Position numbers and translations under genes: made by a program | The notes under the pieces: model-generated | Told to the model about the DNA's origin: nothing | The model's database searches: none | Seen by the model: the letters and a program-made list of their open reading frames with translations, nothing else | Shown: one piece after another, positions 1-8,678 of the stretch | Position numbering within the stretch: position 1 is the first letter of the stretch | Layout of the letters: each line of letters begins with the position of its first letter | NCBI GenBank assembly: GCA_964350245.1 | Contig: CAYGJC010000005.1 | Span: 37,974-101,973 of the forward strand | Reading direction: 5' to 3' | Length of the DNA stretch: 64,000 nucleotides | Source of the DNA: an uncultured bacterium | Lineage (GTDB): Bacteria; Chlamydiota; Chlamydiia; Chlamydiales; JAAKFR01

Positions 1-123
1 TGAATAGACACAGAGCGCATTCCCTGTAAAATTCTTCCCGAAGAAAAACAGGAGGTGATACGACCCATTTGACTAAAAATAAATTACCCCTTTTACTCAC
101 TCCCAAAAAAGAGGGAAAGCGCA

Positions 124-930
124 ATGCAAGCTAGCAAGAGTACAGAATTAGTGGATTGCGTCCTGCAGAGAAGACGAGATTTTTTTTATTCCATCTCGGC
201 TCTTTCCCCTCTACCAGGCGCTGCATTTCAATATAGAGCGCACACCACATTGTATTGTTCGGGCATCGAAGACGCTCTTTGTAACGGCCTTGTGAGCTTA
301 GAAGAAAATGATGTGCCGAGTGAAAACGAGATCCAAGAGGCGATCGCCTTTTTCAAAGAGCGTAAGCTCCCCTTCATTTGGTGGAGCGATGCCAAAATCT
401 TAGAAAAGTACCATTTCCAACACGGTGGCATGCTAACGGGTATTGCTGTTGATCTGTCTAAAAATAGCAGAGAAACGGTCTCTCATCCTTCAAATATTAC
501 CGTGGAAATAATCCATTCAAAGGAGGATTTACAGACGTTTTCCACGCTTTTGACACAGACGTTTGAAATGGCTAAAACAGCTGCAGATCAACTCCATATT
601 GCCTGTGAGTGTACAATGGAACGGGGCACACATGTGCATTTTTTGGCTCGCATTGATGGGGTGCCTGCAGGAACAGCCACTCTTTCTGTCGCTCCATCTT
701 CTGCGGGGATATGGAGTCTAGGCACTTTACCTAAATATCGGAGGAAAGGTATTGGCCTTGCTTTACTAGAAGCAGCGCTTATTGAGGCACAGAAGCAGGG
801 CCAGAGCCACGTGATGGCAATTTTAATGCCGAAAGGAATGGCCGGGGGGATTTTTAAAAAGCGTGGTTTTCAGGAAGTTTGTCAGTTTCCCTTCTATGTA
901 TACGGGGCTTCTGCAGAAAGTCTTGAATAA
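124..930 (+). CDS. GNAT family N-acetyltransferase
   Basis: 268-aa ORF. The C-terminal half carries the acetyl-CoA binding motif RRKGIGLALLEAAL (Q/R-x-x-G-x-G/A) and a GNAT-like beta-strand pattern. Confidence 0.75.
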   Translation: MQASKSTELVDCVLQRRRDFFYSISALSPLPGAAFQYRAHTTLYCSGIEDALCNGLVSLEENDVPSENEIQEAIAFFKERKLPFIWWSDAKILEKYHFQHGGMLTGIAVDLSKNSRETVSHPSNITVEIIHSKEDLQTFSTLLTQTFEMAKTAADQLHIACECTMERGTHVHFLARIDGVPAGTATLSVAPSSAGIWSLGTLPKYRRKGIGLALLEAALIEAQKQGQSHVMAILMPKGMAGGIFKKRGFQEVCQFPFYVYGASAESLE

Positions 931-1105
931 CGGTTGAATTTGGGACTATTGAACAACTGTTCTCTGTATCAGCTTGTGAAGGATGAAAGACCTTAACCAA
1001 ACCTCGACTCTCTTGTTATCAGTCTTTTTAAAAACAACCTTTCTCCAAATAGACCTTTTGCCCTTGTCAGCACTGGTGCAACGATCTCACATACAATGTG
1101 TACAC

Positions 1106-1185
1106 CAAAAATTTCTTAAATATCACCAATAGATATAGGTTTATTTAAGAATTTTTGCATCTTAGCTTGCAAAATTTCTTGAATA
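1106..1185. promoter_or_regulatory. Three copies of a ~16-bp motif GCAAAA(A)TTCTT(A/G)AATA upstream of abiEi; candidate operator
   Basis: Copy A is 1106-1122 (caaaaatttcttaaata, + orientation). Copy B is 1142-1158 (tatttaagaatttttgc, inverted). Copy C is 1169-1185 (gcaaaatttcttgaata, +). Copies B and C form a 13-bp inverted repeat (1147-1159 / 1168-1180, 1 mismatch) about 48 nt upstream of the ATG at 1228. Confidence 0.4.
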
Positions 1186-1227
1186 GAACTATATTTAATA
1201 GTACTATCTTAGGAAAATTGCATTCTT

Positions 1228-2067
1228 ATGCTTAACACCTTCTTTGCAAAACATAAAATATTTACCTTCAAAGAAATAGAGTCTTACTGGTTGTCTACAA
1301 AAGTACCGCCCCCTTTTGAAGCGAAGCAACCTAATACGTCTACCCTCCGCAATATGCTCGGATATCATCAAAAAAAAGGCCATATTCTGCGCATCCGTCG
1401 AGGTCTATACTACGTCATTCCCAAGGGGTTATCATCCGATGAATGTGCAGTTGATCCCTTTCTTATCGCCAGCAAAATAGCCGACGATGCCATCTTGGGG
1501 TATCGAACGGCATTGGACTTTTTTGGTAAGCTGCACACTCTTTCGAATGAGTTGATCTACTTATCAAAATGCAAAAAATCCAACCCACTCATCTTTCGTG
1601 AGATAACGTATCGTGGAGTCTCCATCCCAAGGGCATTAGAAAGAAAAGGAGAGACCTACGTTGAAGTAGTCAAAGAGAATCGAGCAGATCATCCCATCTT
1701 AGTCACGAGCTTAGAAAGAACTTTTGTGGACGTACTTGACCGCCCTCATTTATGCGGCTCATGGGAGGAAATATGGCGTTCGTTAGAATCGATCGAATAT
1801 CTAAACTTCGATAAAGTGCTGCACTATACCCAAATCCTGGAAAATGCAACAACTGTCGCCAGGGTGGGCTTTTTCCTCGATTCACATCGCGAACAATGGA
1901 TGATCCCTAACACTTATTTGTCTGAGCTTAAGAAAATTATCCCACGACAACCCCAATTTCTGGAACGAGGCCTGAAAAGAGAGCACAAACTCATTACCGA
2001 CTGGAACCTGATTGTTCCTCTTGAAATTATCAACCGTGAATGGGAGGAACCGCATGAAGATATCTGA
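1228..2067 (+). CDS. AbiEi-family antitoxin / transcriptional regulator (type IV TA)
   Basis: N-terminal winged-helix signature (LRNMLGYHQKKGHILRIRRGLYYVIP) and a C-terminal LERTFVDVLDRP...GSWEE block typical of AbiEi/COG5340. It overlaps the downstream AbiEii gene by 14 nt. Confidence 0.7.
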   Translation: MLNTFFAKHKIFTFKEIESYWLSTKVPPPFEAKQPNTSTLRNMLGYHQKKGHILRIRRGLYYVIPKGLSSDECAVDPFLIASKIADDAILGYRTALDFFGKLHTLSNELIYLSKCKKSNPLIFREITYRGVSIPRALERKGETYVEVVKENRADHPILVTSLERTFVDVLDRPHLCGSWEEIWRSLESIEYLNFDKVLHYTQILENATTVARVGFFLDSHREQWMIPNTYLSELKKIIPRQPQFLERGLKREHKLITDWNLIVPLEIINREWEEPHEDI

Positions 2068-3001
2068 AAAAGAGCTCGTCCGTGAGGCGGGAACAACTGG
2101 TTTTCGTGCCGAAATGTTGGAAAAAGTGTGGCAGTTGATGAACATTCTAGATGGCATACAAGAACATATTTTTCTACGAGATCGATTAGTGCTTAAAGGA
2201 GGGACCGCGCTAAATCTCTTCTTTTTCAATCTTCCGCGCCTATCGGTCGATATCGACTTAAATTATGTTGGGGCTGTAGAGAGATCTCAAATGCAAGCAG
2301 AGCGGCAAGATGTCGAAAGATCTCTTGAATCCATATTTTTAAGGCATGGATTAAGCGTACATCGAACACCCAACAAACATGCAGGGGGCAAATGGCAGCT
2401 CAAATACCTCAGCGCGTTGGGCGGAAACGGCAACTTGGAAGTTGATGTCAACTTCATGTTTAGAATTCCATTAGTTGAGGTGATTAAGAAACAATCTTGC
2501 CAGGTTGGTGCGCGTCAAAGCAGACCAGTAGCACTTCTTGACATCCACGAATTGGGAGCAGGAAAATTAGCAGCCTTATTTGGCCGCCATGCATCCCGCG
2601 ATCTTTTTGATGCTCATGAGTTGCTGTCATATCCTAACATCAATTTTAAAGCATTGAAGCTGTTGAGCATCATTTATTCTGCAATGAGTGGTAAGGACTG
2701 GCGCAAGATTTCTTTAGATACAATCCAATTCGAAAAAAAAGAGGTGAGCCAACAACTCATTCCCGTTTTGCAAAAAAATAAGTTCAAAGAAAGCAGTAAT
2801 TTGACGGAGGATTTATTGCAGGGTTGCAAACAGGCCTTAGGGAAATTTTTTCCACTACAATCTAATGAGATAGAATTTTTGACCCTTTTCTTCGACTATG
2901 GGAAGATCGATGCGTCCCTATTGACACAAGAAGAGGGTTTAAGAGGAAAAATTGAGTCTCACCCTTTGTTAAGGTGGCAGGTTTTAAAAAATGAGAGATG
3001 A
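2054..3001 (+). CDS. AbiEii/AbiGii-family nucleotidyltransferase toxin (DUF1814)
   Basis: Contains LVLKGGTALNLFF...RLSVDIDLNY, the NTase G-x-x and D-x-D motifs of AbiEii. I chose the ATG at 2054 (MKISEKEL) rather than the ORF-track start at 2012. Confidence 0.8.
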   Translation: MKISEKELVREAGTTGFRAEMLEKVWQLMNILDGIQEHIFLRDRLVLKGGTALNLFFFNLPRLSVDIDLNYVGAVERSQMQAERQDVERSLESIFLRHGLSVHRTPNKHAGGKWQLKYLSALGGNGNLEVDVNFMFRIPLVEVIKKQSCQVGARQSRPVALLDIHELGAGKLAALFGRHASRDLFDAHELLSYPNINFKALKLLSIIYSAMSGKDWRKISLDTIQFEKKEVSQQLIPVLQKNKFKESSNLTEDLLQGCKQALGKFFPLQSNEIEFLTLFFDYGKIDASLLTQEEGLRGKIESHPLLRWQVLKNER

Positions 3002-3293
3002 ACATACGAAGTCTATGCAAGACAATGAAGCTTTTATTTTCTTACAGCAAAGGGGTTAGCATTTGCAAAGCATTCAAAATCGATTTTAATCAGGTTGGAA
3101 TCGAGAGCTTGCCAGCATCAAGAAGGAAACTGATGGTTCGGTATGCTCTGAAAAAAATTGGTGTTTGAGAACAGAAGTTACCGAACCATAAAAGTGAACG
3201 AGGCAATTGAGTTTATCAGTCAATTCGCCAGGGAGTTAAGGCATAAAAAAGAGAAGCGTTCTTCTTTCTTTTGAGGAAAAACGTCCGATTAAG

Positions 3294-3375
3294 TGCCCAA
3301 GAGAGGACTCGAACCTCCATGCCTTGCAGCACCAAAACCTGAATCTGGCGTGTCTACCAATTCCACCACCTGGGC
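3294..3375 (-). tRNA. tRNA-Leu (anticodon CAG)
   Basis: The reverse complement reads GCCCAGGTGGTGGAATTGGTAGACACGCCAGATTCAGGTTTTGG...GGTTCGAGTCCTCTCTTGGGCA. It has a 7-bp acceptor stem, a long variable arm and a GGTTCGAGTCC T-arm. The anticodon loop is TTCAGGT. Confidence 0.9.
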
Positions 3376-3404
3376 TTTAAGAAAAAAAATGAGAACCAAA
3401 GATA

Positions 3405-3486
<82 letters not shown>

Positions 3487-3598
3487 ATTCGTGATCCGCA
3501 TATTCTAGAGACTCCCTCCCTTTAATGTCAACAAGATGGTTGTTGGAAATCTTGCGATAAAGTAGCTTAGTCTCTTACTAGATAGGAGGGTAGTCGAT

Positions 3599-4777
3599 AT
3601 GGGCGATGTCAACGCAAGCGCCGTCATGCGTGCAGACCAGCAAGCTGAGATCAAAACACCAACCCAAAAGCAAGGGGCTCTAAAAAGCGAAGGGAAGGAG
3701 CACACGATCTACCCTTTCGCCGATACAGAGTCTGTCTCTGAAGGAGTCAGCAAATTTCTGGGTGAGGCAAATGAACAGCCGCAACCCGAAACGACGCTAG
3801 CAGATCATACTTTCACGCCTATCACTCAAGAAACAGTCGATGTCGAAACGGAGATTGCGCAACTCTCTGAAGAGATCGATCAGGCAGAACCTACTGAAAA
3901 GGGAGGAGAGGCTCCAAAGACAAAAACACCACAAAGGCCACAACAAAAAACTACCTCCCCTCAACCTTTGCCGCTCAATCTCAACCAAAAGGCAGATCAA
4001 CCTGAACCAGTCTACTCTTCCCTCTTTTCTCTTGCACAGTCCTTCAACAAGGGACTCACTGAAACGCGTCAGCAGAAACAGTTTGAAAAACAAGCGCGCA
4101 CGGAAATAAAAGAGGAGACGCGTCCTTCTCAGAAGGCTGCTTTTTCCACCCCTGAGGCTGCAAATCGGGAAACTCCTGTTTCTAAAGGCCGCTATGACCA
4201 ACAACAAAAAGAAGGATCAGGTGGTGGACAGCAACACCAACAGCAAAAAGAGCAGAAAAAAAAGAAGCAGTATGGCGTACAAGCGAGCCATTCTGTGAAC
4301 AGCTCTCCCAAAATGCAGCAGTCACTGGGAAGCATGGAGAGTATTTATATCCGCTTCATGGCGCTCATGGCCCGCATTCTTGGTCAAGCGGAAGCAGAAG
4401 CCCACTCTCTCTACCAACGCATCAAACAGCGCACCGACAGCATCGACCATCTCACCTTGTTGATCTCAAAGATTAACTCCGAAAAAGGAGAAATTGATTG
4501 GGCGAACAATGAGGAAATGAAGCAGCTGGTTGAAAAGGCGCGCGCGCTGGGTGTCGATATTCCGGAAGGCAAATATGCTTGGTCGGAAGAAGAAAAAAAA
4601 CTGCTCAAAGAGAATATCCAAATGCGCAAAGACAGCATGGAAAAAATGACCCAGCTAGAGCGCACCGATATGCAACGGTATCTACAAGAGTCCTCTCAGT
4701 GCCACCAAGCACGCTCTAATGTCTTAAAGCTACTCAAAGAGGTCATGGATACCATCATCCATAACATGAGACCTTAG
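3599..4777 (+). CDS. Hypothetical T3S-associated protein: disordered N-terminus with a helical, EspA/SseB-like C-terminal domain
   Basis: 392 aa. SD-like taggagggtagtcgatATG upstream. The first ~240 aa are Q/E/P/K/T-rich low complexity and the last ~150 aa are predicted helical. The stop lies 3 nt before the chaperone gene, in the CT863-equivalent position. Confidence 0.6.
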   Translation: MGDVNASAVMRADQQAEIKTPTQKQGALKSEGKEHTIYPFADTESVSEGVSKFLGEANEQPQPETTLADHTFTPITQETVDVETEIAQLSEEIDQAEPTEKGGEAPKTKTPQRPQQKTTSPQPLPLNLNQKADQPEPVYSSLFSLAQSFNKGLTETRQQKQFEKQARTEIKEETRPSQKAAFSTPEAANRETPVSKGRYDQQQKEGSGGGQQHQQQKEQKKKKQYGVQASHSVNSSPKMQQSLGSMESIYIRFMALMARILGQAEAEAHSLYQRIKQRTDSIDHLTLLISKINSEKGEIDWANNEEMKQLVEKARALGVDIPEGKYAWSEEEKKLLKENIQMRKDSMEKMTQLERTDMQRYLQESSQCHQARSNVLKLLKEVMDTIIHNMRP

Positions 4778-4780
4778 TTA

Positions 4781-5248
4781 ATGAATCTCAAAACGTTGCT
4801 GCAACGTATTGCCCTTCAACAGAAGGAGGAGTTTCCTTTTCCTGACGATATCGAGAGCTATTTGGAGGATTTTGTTCCCAATGCGCTTTTAAAAAGCGCA
4901 ACCCTTCAACAAGCTTTTGGTATTACGAACCATGAAATGGAAAAACTATACGAAGAGGCTTTCACTTACTATGAGGCTGATCGCTTTCTCGATGCGCTCA
5001 CAGTCTTTCGTTGGCTTGTATTATTTAATGCGTTTGAGGCAAAATACTGGCTGGGTTTCGCAGCGTGTCAACAATTGATGCAGCGATACGAAAAGGCGCT
5101 CCACGCATATGCTATGGCATCGCTCTTAGACCCGGAAAGTCCTGATCCACATGATCACGCCTATGAGTGTTATATGGAGATGGAGGAAAAGGATGAGGCC
5201 CAAAAAGCACTCAATCTGGCCGAAAAAAAAAGAGGTCGTTATGTTTAG
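4781..5248 (+). CDS. Class II type III secretion chaperone (LcrH/SycD family, Scc3-like, TPR)
   Basis: KLYEEAFTYYEADRFLDALTVFRWLVLFNAFEAKYWLGFAACQQLMQRYEKALHAYAMASLLD...HAYECYMEM aligns by eye with the SycD/LcrH TPR core (FFLGLGACRQAMGQYDLAIHSYSYG...HAAECLL). Confidence 0.85.
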   Translation: MNLKTLLQRIALQQKEEFPFPDDIESYLEDFVPNALLKSATLQQAFGITNHEMEKLYEEAFTYYEADRFLDALTVFRWLVLFNAFEAKYWLGFAACQQLMQRYEKALHAYAMASLLDPESPDPHDHAYECYMEMEEKDEAQKALNLAEKKRGRYV

Positions 5249-6701
5249 TATTCCATCTATACCAGAAATGTCTCTTTCAGACGCTGAGGGAACAGATCCC
5301 TCCTCTTTTGAATTCGACTCCCCACTACCTGAAGCAAAAGGTAAGCTGCAGACAACTGGGCAGCGCTACACCTGCTCGCAAGAGCGTCCAACACCGACAA
5401 GTCGTCAATTTAGTTCCTATATCAAAGAAAACGGCCCAAAAAATACGACTCCCCTACCTGATCGCTCTCCCATGCGCTTAGCAAAAGAGACCTATCAAGC
5501 CAGTCCCAAAACGCAGGCTCCTCAAGCGCGTGCTGAAGGTAAACCGGTAACACCTAAGTCGACTCCTACTCCTTTACAGACGCATCAACCACAAAACCGA
5601 GTTGAGGGAAAACCTGCTCCAAAAACACTCACCACCCCTACACCTCAGCAACCCAAACAGTCTGAAGCTAGGCCTGTTACACTTAAGCGAAGTGAGGGCC
5701 GTTCTGAAAAAAGAGACCCTCGTTCATCTCAGTCTCCCTTGCAGTCACGCCAATGGACTAAAGAAGAGCCACGCGACTGGTGGCAGCAGCGTTACCACCA
5801 AAAAGAGCGCGAAGAGAGGGAACAAGGACGTGACCAAAGAGAGAAGGCAGAAGCGGTTACCCAAGTAAAAAAGAGCACAAAAACAGAAGGTGGTAATCAA
5901 GCGTGCATGAAAAAGCCCATTCTTGAAAGACCCAGAACAGGCGTTTTTGCTCTCTACTACATCCTAACTAAAATGGGCATTTACTCTGATGGAACCTCTA
6001 ACTTCTCGTATAAAAAAGAGATTGAGATGGTGAATGAGGAAACAACCACGGCGCATAAACTGCGGCTGGACGGGCTGAAACTCGCTATCGAACAAGAGCA
6101 ATCGGCAGCGCAGTGGGGCATTGCGTCTAAAGTGTTCTCCTGGATTGGTTCAATGGTGGGAATCATTGCGGGGATCGCTCTGATTGCAACAGGTGTAGGT
6201 GCTGTAGCAGGTGCCATGCTTGTGGCAGGTGGGTTGATTCAAATCACCAATCAGATTTTAGAGTTGACAGGAGGATGGAAAAAAATTGCGGAACTTCTTC
6301 CCGGTGATGATCCCGACAAAAAAAGAGCCGTGATCTCCTGGATGCAGATTGGGATTGCCGTCCTTTGCCTTATCCTCTCCGCTGCTGGCGTGATTTGGGG
6401 TGGATACTCAAACTTAAGTGAAGCGATGCAAACGGCAATGGCTGTCTTTGGAGGGATAGCGGCAATGGGGCATGGCGTGACCACGATTGGAGAAGGGATC
6501 AGTGGATTTATGTATAAGGACAAAATGAGCGATGTGAAACGCTATGAACGTGTGCTGGCTGAGCTCAAGCACAAGCGGCGTGATTTGATGGAGCGGGTCG
6601 AGTGGGGCGTAGATCGCCTTGAACAACTTTTTGAGGACCTCGCTCAAGCATTGGAATTTGAAATCGAATTATTTAGAGCCGATCAAATGGTGAATCGGTA
6701 G
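5241..6701 (+). CDS. T3S major hydrophobic translocator, CopB/YopB-like
   Basis: The ATG at 5241 overlaps the chaperone stop (ATGTTTAG). The N-terminal half is P/T/Q/K-rich. The C-terminal half has hydrophobic segments (WGIASKVFSWIGSMVGIIAGIALIATGVGAVAGAMLVAGGLI; VISWMQIGIAVLCLILSAAGVIWGG) flanked by coiled coil. It lies directly after an LcrH-type chaperone. Confidence 0.75.
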   Translation: MFSIPSIPEMSLSDAEGTDPSSFEFDSPLPEAKGKLQTTGQRYTCSQERPTPTSRQFSSYIKENGPKNTTPLPDRSPMRLAKETYQASPKTQAPQARAEGKPVTPKSTPTPLQTHQPQNRVEGKPAPKTLTTPTPQQPKQSEARPVTLKRSEGRSEKRDPRSSQSPLQSRQWTKEEPRDWWQQRYHQKEREEREQGRDQREKAEAVTQVKKSTKTEGGNQACMKKPILERPRTGVFALYYILTKMGIYSDGTSNFSYKKEIEMVNEETTTAHKLRLDGLKLAIEQEQSAAQWGIASKVFSWIGSMVGIIAGIALIATGVGAVAGAMLVAGGLIQITNQILELTGGWKKIAELLPGDDPDKKRAVISWMQIGIAVLCLILSAAGVIWGGYSNLSEAMQTAMAVFGGIAAMGHGVTTIGEGISGFMYKDKMSDVKRYERVLAELKHKRRDLMERVEWGVDRLEQLFEDLAQALEFEIELFRADQMVNR

Positions 6702-6709
6702 GGGGCAAT

Positions 6710-8032
6710 ATGGATGTAGCAGTAGTCAACATGGCAAACGAAGGGGCTGAAGAGCTTGCTTTTTCAGGAGAGGCCATGGAGGGAGAGGAGATGCCGGAAC
6801 AAACCGGTTTCCTTCCGGGAAGTACCGGTAAGCAGTATACTTTTATTCCTCAAAAGGGGATGCCCTATTCGCAAAAAATAAGCGAATCGGTATCTGAAGC
6901 TCCCAAGCCTTCCAAGGAAACAAAGTCTTTCGATTCTAAAGGCGAGGCGCGCACTCTCTCTGATTCAATTACGAAGTCTCTAACCACGAAATCGGTTCAA
7001 GTTTTAAAGAGTGAGAAACCCTCGACTGACAAGCAGATAGAAACACCCCGCACAGCGACGCATGAAAAAACAGATCAAGCAGGGCGCGCGTCTCTGGAAA
7101 GACCTCAGGCACGCCCTCCTGCCACGCGCCCCCAACAACAGATGATGGCCAGGCAGGCGCCCATTCAGCAAAAAAGTGCAGGCAAATCCCCTGTTGTGAC
7201 AAGTAAGGCGCATAAAGAGAAAGCTAATGAAAGCAAAAAAGAGCAAACTAAATCTGAACTGCGTAAAGCAGAGAAACATGAACAGCAGGTCGAAACGCGA
7301 AAGGCTCAGGAAAAAGAGGACGGTTTTGTAGAGCTGGAGCGGGCAAAAAGAGAAGACGAAGACTCCGGAGATTCTGACAATAAAATAACAGGAGTGGAGA
7401 AAAAAGGCATTGACCCAGAAGAATTTATTGCCTACGCATCCAGTGAATCAAAGCTTTTAAGTGAACTGTTAAACATGCGTGTGAGCCAGTTTGATGTGCT
7501 GGTTCTTTTTCTTGAGGTGATGAAACTCTCCTTAAAGGGGCGCGAGCAAGAGCGCTCCTCCCGTATGGAAGAACGACGCCTGCAATTAGAACACATGCAA
7601 AATATGGTGGACAATCTCAAGCAGCAAGGAAAGTGGATGCTCTTTGCAAACCTAGGTGCGGGAGTTCTATCTATTGTTTCCGGCGTAGCACCTATTGCCG
7701 GCCATATGAAAGGGAATTGGATTTTAGATAAAGTAAAAATGATCCCCTTTATGAGCAGCCTTCAAGATGTTGGAAAGGATAAATTTTTCAAAGGGGTGAC
7801 TAAAATCACCTTTGCTATGTCTGAAATGCAGAAAAGCACAGGGCAAATCCAGAACACGTTTGCCGAGAGTTCTCGCACCTTCGATCAGCATATGACTGAT
7901 ATTCACAAAACAGATTGGGAAGAAAATACGCGCACAATGGATGAACTCAAAGATGAGTGGAAAGGGATCGAAAGCTTTCTTCATCAGACCCTTCAGATGT
8001 ACCACGATGCGACCCGCCAGCTATACAATTAA
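6710..8032 (+). CDS. T3S minor translocator, CopD/YopD-like
   Basis: 440 aa, starting 8 nt after the copB-like stop. Low-complexity N-terminal half, coiled coil, and a single hydrophobic segment (WMLFANLGAGVLSIVSGVAPIAGHM). Position is equivalent to CT860. Confidence 0.6.
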   Translation: MDVAVVNMANEGAEELAFSGEAMEGEEMPEQTGFLPGSTGKQYTFIPQKGMPYSQKISESVSEAPKPSKETKSFDSKGEARTLSDSITKSLTTKSVQVLKSEKPSTDKQIETPRTATHEKTDQAGRASLERPQARPPATRPQQQMMARQAPIQQKSAGKSPVVTSKAHKEKANESKKEQTKSELRKAEKHEQQVETRKAQEKEDGFVELERAKREDEDSGDSDNKITGVEKKGIDPEEFIAYASSESKLLSELLNMRVSQFDVLVLFLEVMKLSLKGREQERSSRMEERRLQLEHMQNMVDNLKQQGKWMLFANLGAGVLSIVSGVAPIAGHMKGNWILDKVKMIPFMSSLQDVGKDKFFKGVTKITFAMSEMQKSTGQIQNTFAESSRTFDQHMTDIHKTDWEENTRTMDELKDEWKGIESFLHQTLQMYHDATRQLYN

Positions 8033-8678
8033 GGAAAACCTCAGCCTTTCCCCAGGGAAACTGGGCAGAAAACTGCTTGGTGCATGTGAAATGTGGGGAG
8101 TAGTCTGATAAGGGATAGCTGACGGTGATCACTTTTGCGCCTGGTTTGAGCTCTCGGCTAAGGCGACTACAGAGCTTTTCGATGACTTCATCTTCTAAGC
8201 AGGTTCCGTATAGATACACAACTGTGGCCTGGCTATAGTCGGTTTCCAACATATCCTGATTCAGAAACGTCATCCGATCCAACTGGCGCCATCTGTTCAC
8301 ACGTTGAGCTCGTTCGATGAATGTGGGAAGATAGTCAACACCCACTACGCGACACTGAACAAAATGGCGCAACCAAAAAAGGGTTCTGCCTGGCCCACAA
8401 CCGAGTTCATAAACAATATCTTTGGAAAGAATCTGACACTCGCGCGCAATCCGATCGAGGGTAGTCAAAGGAGTTTCCCCATATGTATAAAGATTCTTTT
8501 CACCCCTTTGCTTCATAAAGGCCTTACTCACTTGATGGGGATTGCGCACAAGATAGTGAGCAGCCAGAAAAAGGTCTGTGATCACAAAGGAGGGTTTGCA
8601 GGAGTAGTGCAAGACCACCCGAACAGACTCAACCAACCGGAAAACGGTAGCACGTAGATTAACAAGAAGAAATCCCAT
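7947..8678 (-). CDS. Class I SAM-dependent methyltransferase
   Basis: Motif I is VYELGCGPGRTLFWL, with an acidic residue after beta-2 (VVGVDYLP). Its start overlaps the stop of the upstream MBL hydrolase by 1 nt (TAATG). Its 3' end overlaps the copD-like 3' end by 86 nt (convergent). Confidence 0.7.
   Translation of the reverse strand: MGFLLVNLRATVFRLVESVRVVLHYSCKPSFVITDLFLAAHYLVRNPHQVSKAFMKQRGEKNLYTYGETPLTTLDRIARECQILSKDIVYELGCGPGRTLFWLRHFVQCRVVGVDYLPTFIERAQRVNRWRQLDRMTFLNQDMLETDYSQATVVYLYGTCLEDEVIEKLCSRLSRELKPGAKVITVSYPLSDYSPHFTCTKQFSAQFPWGKAEVFLNCIAGGSHRGTSEGSDEESFRSLSTHL

Noticed and set aside
5241-5900. P/T/Q/K-rich N-terminal region of the copB-like protein with recurring EGKP(V/A)xPK-like strings, considered as a discrete tandem repeat
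   Set aside because: There are only two loose copies embedded in general low-complexity sequence. This is typical of chlamydial translocator N-termini and is not a defined repeat array.
7947-8032. Multiple convergent 3'-end overlaps. The cases are copD-like/methyltransferase 86 nt, map/coiled-coil 41 nt, ATPase/thiF 42 nt, GGDEF/adk-like 21 nt, PCD/nhaD 14 nt and rhomboid/small ORF 14 nt. I considered them as an antisense regulatory theme.
   Set aside because: Such overlaps are common in compact genomes and may simply reflect late stop codons. There is no sequence feature pointing to regulation, so they are noted under the individual genes only.
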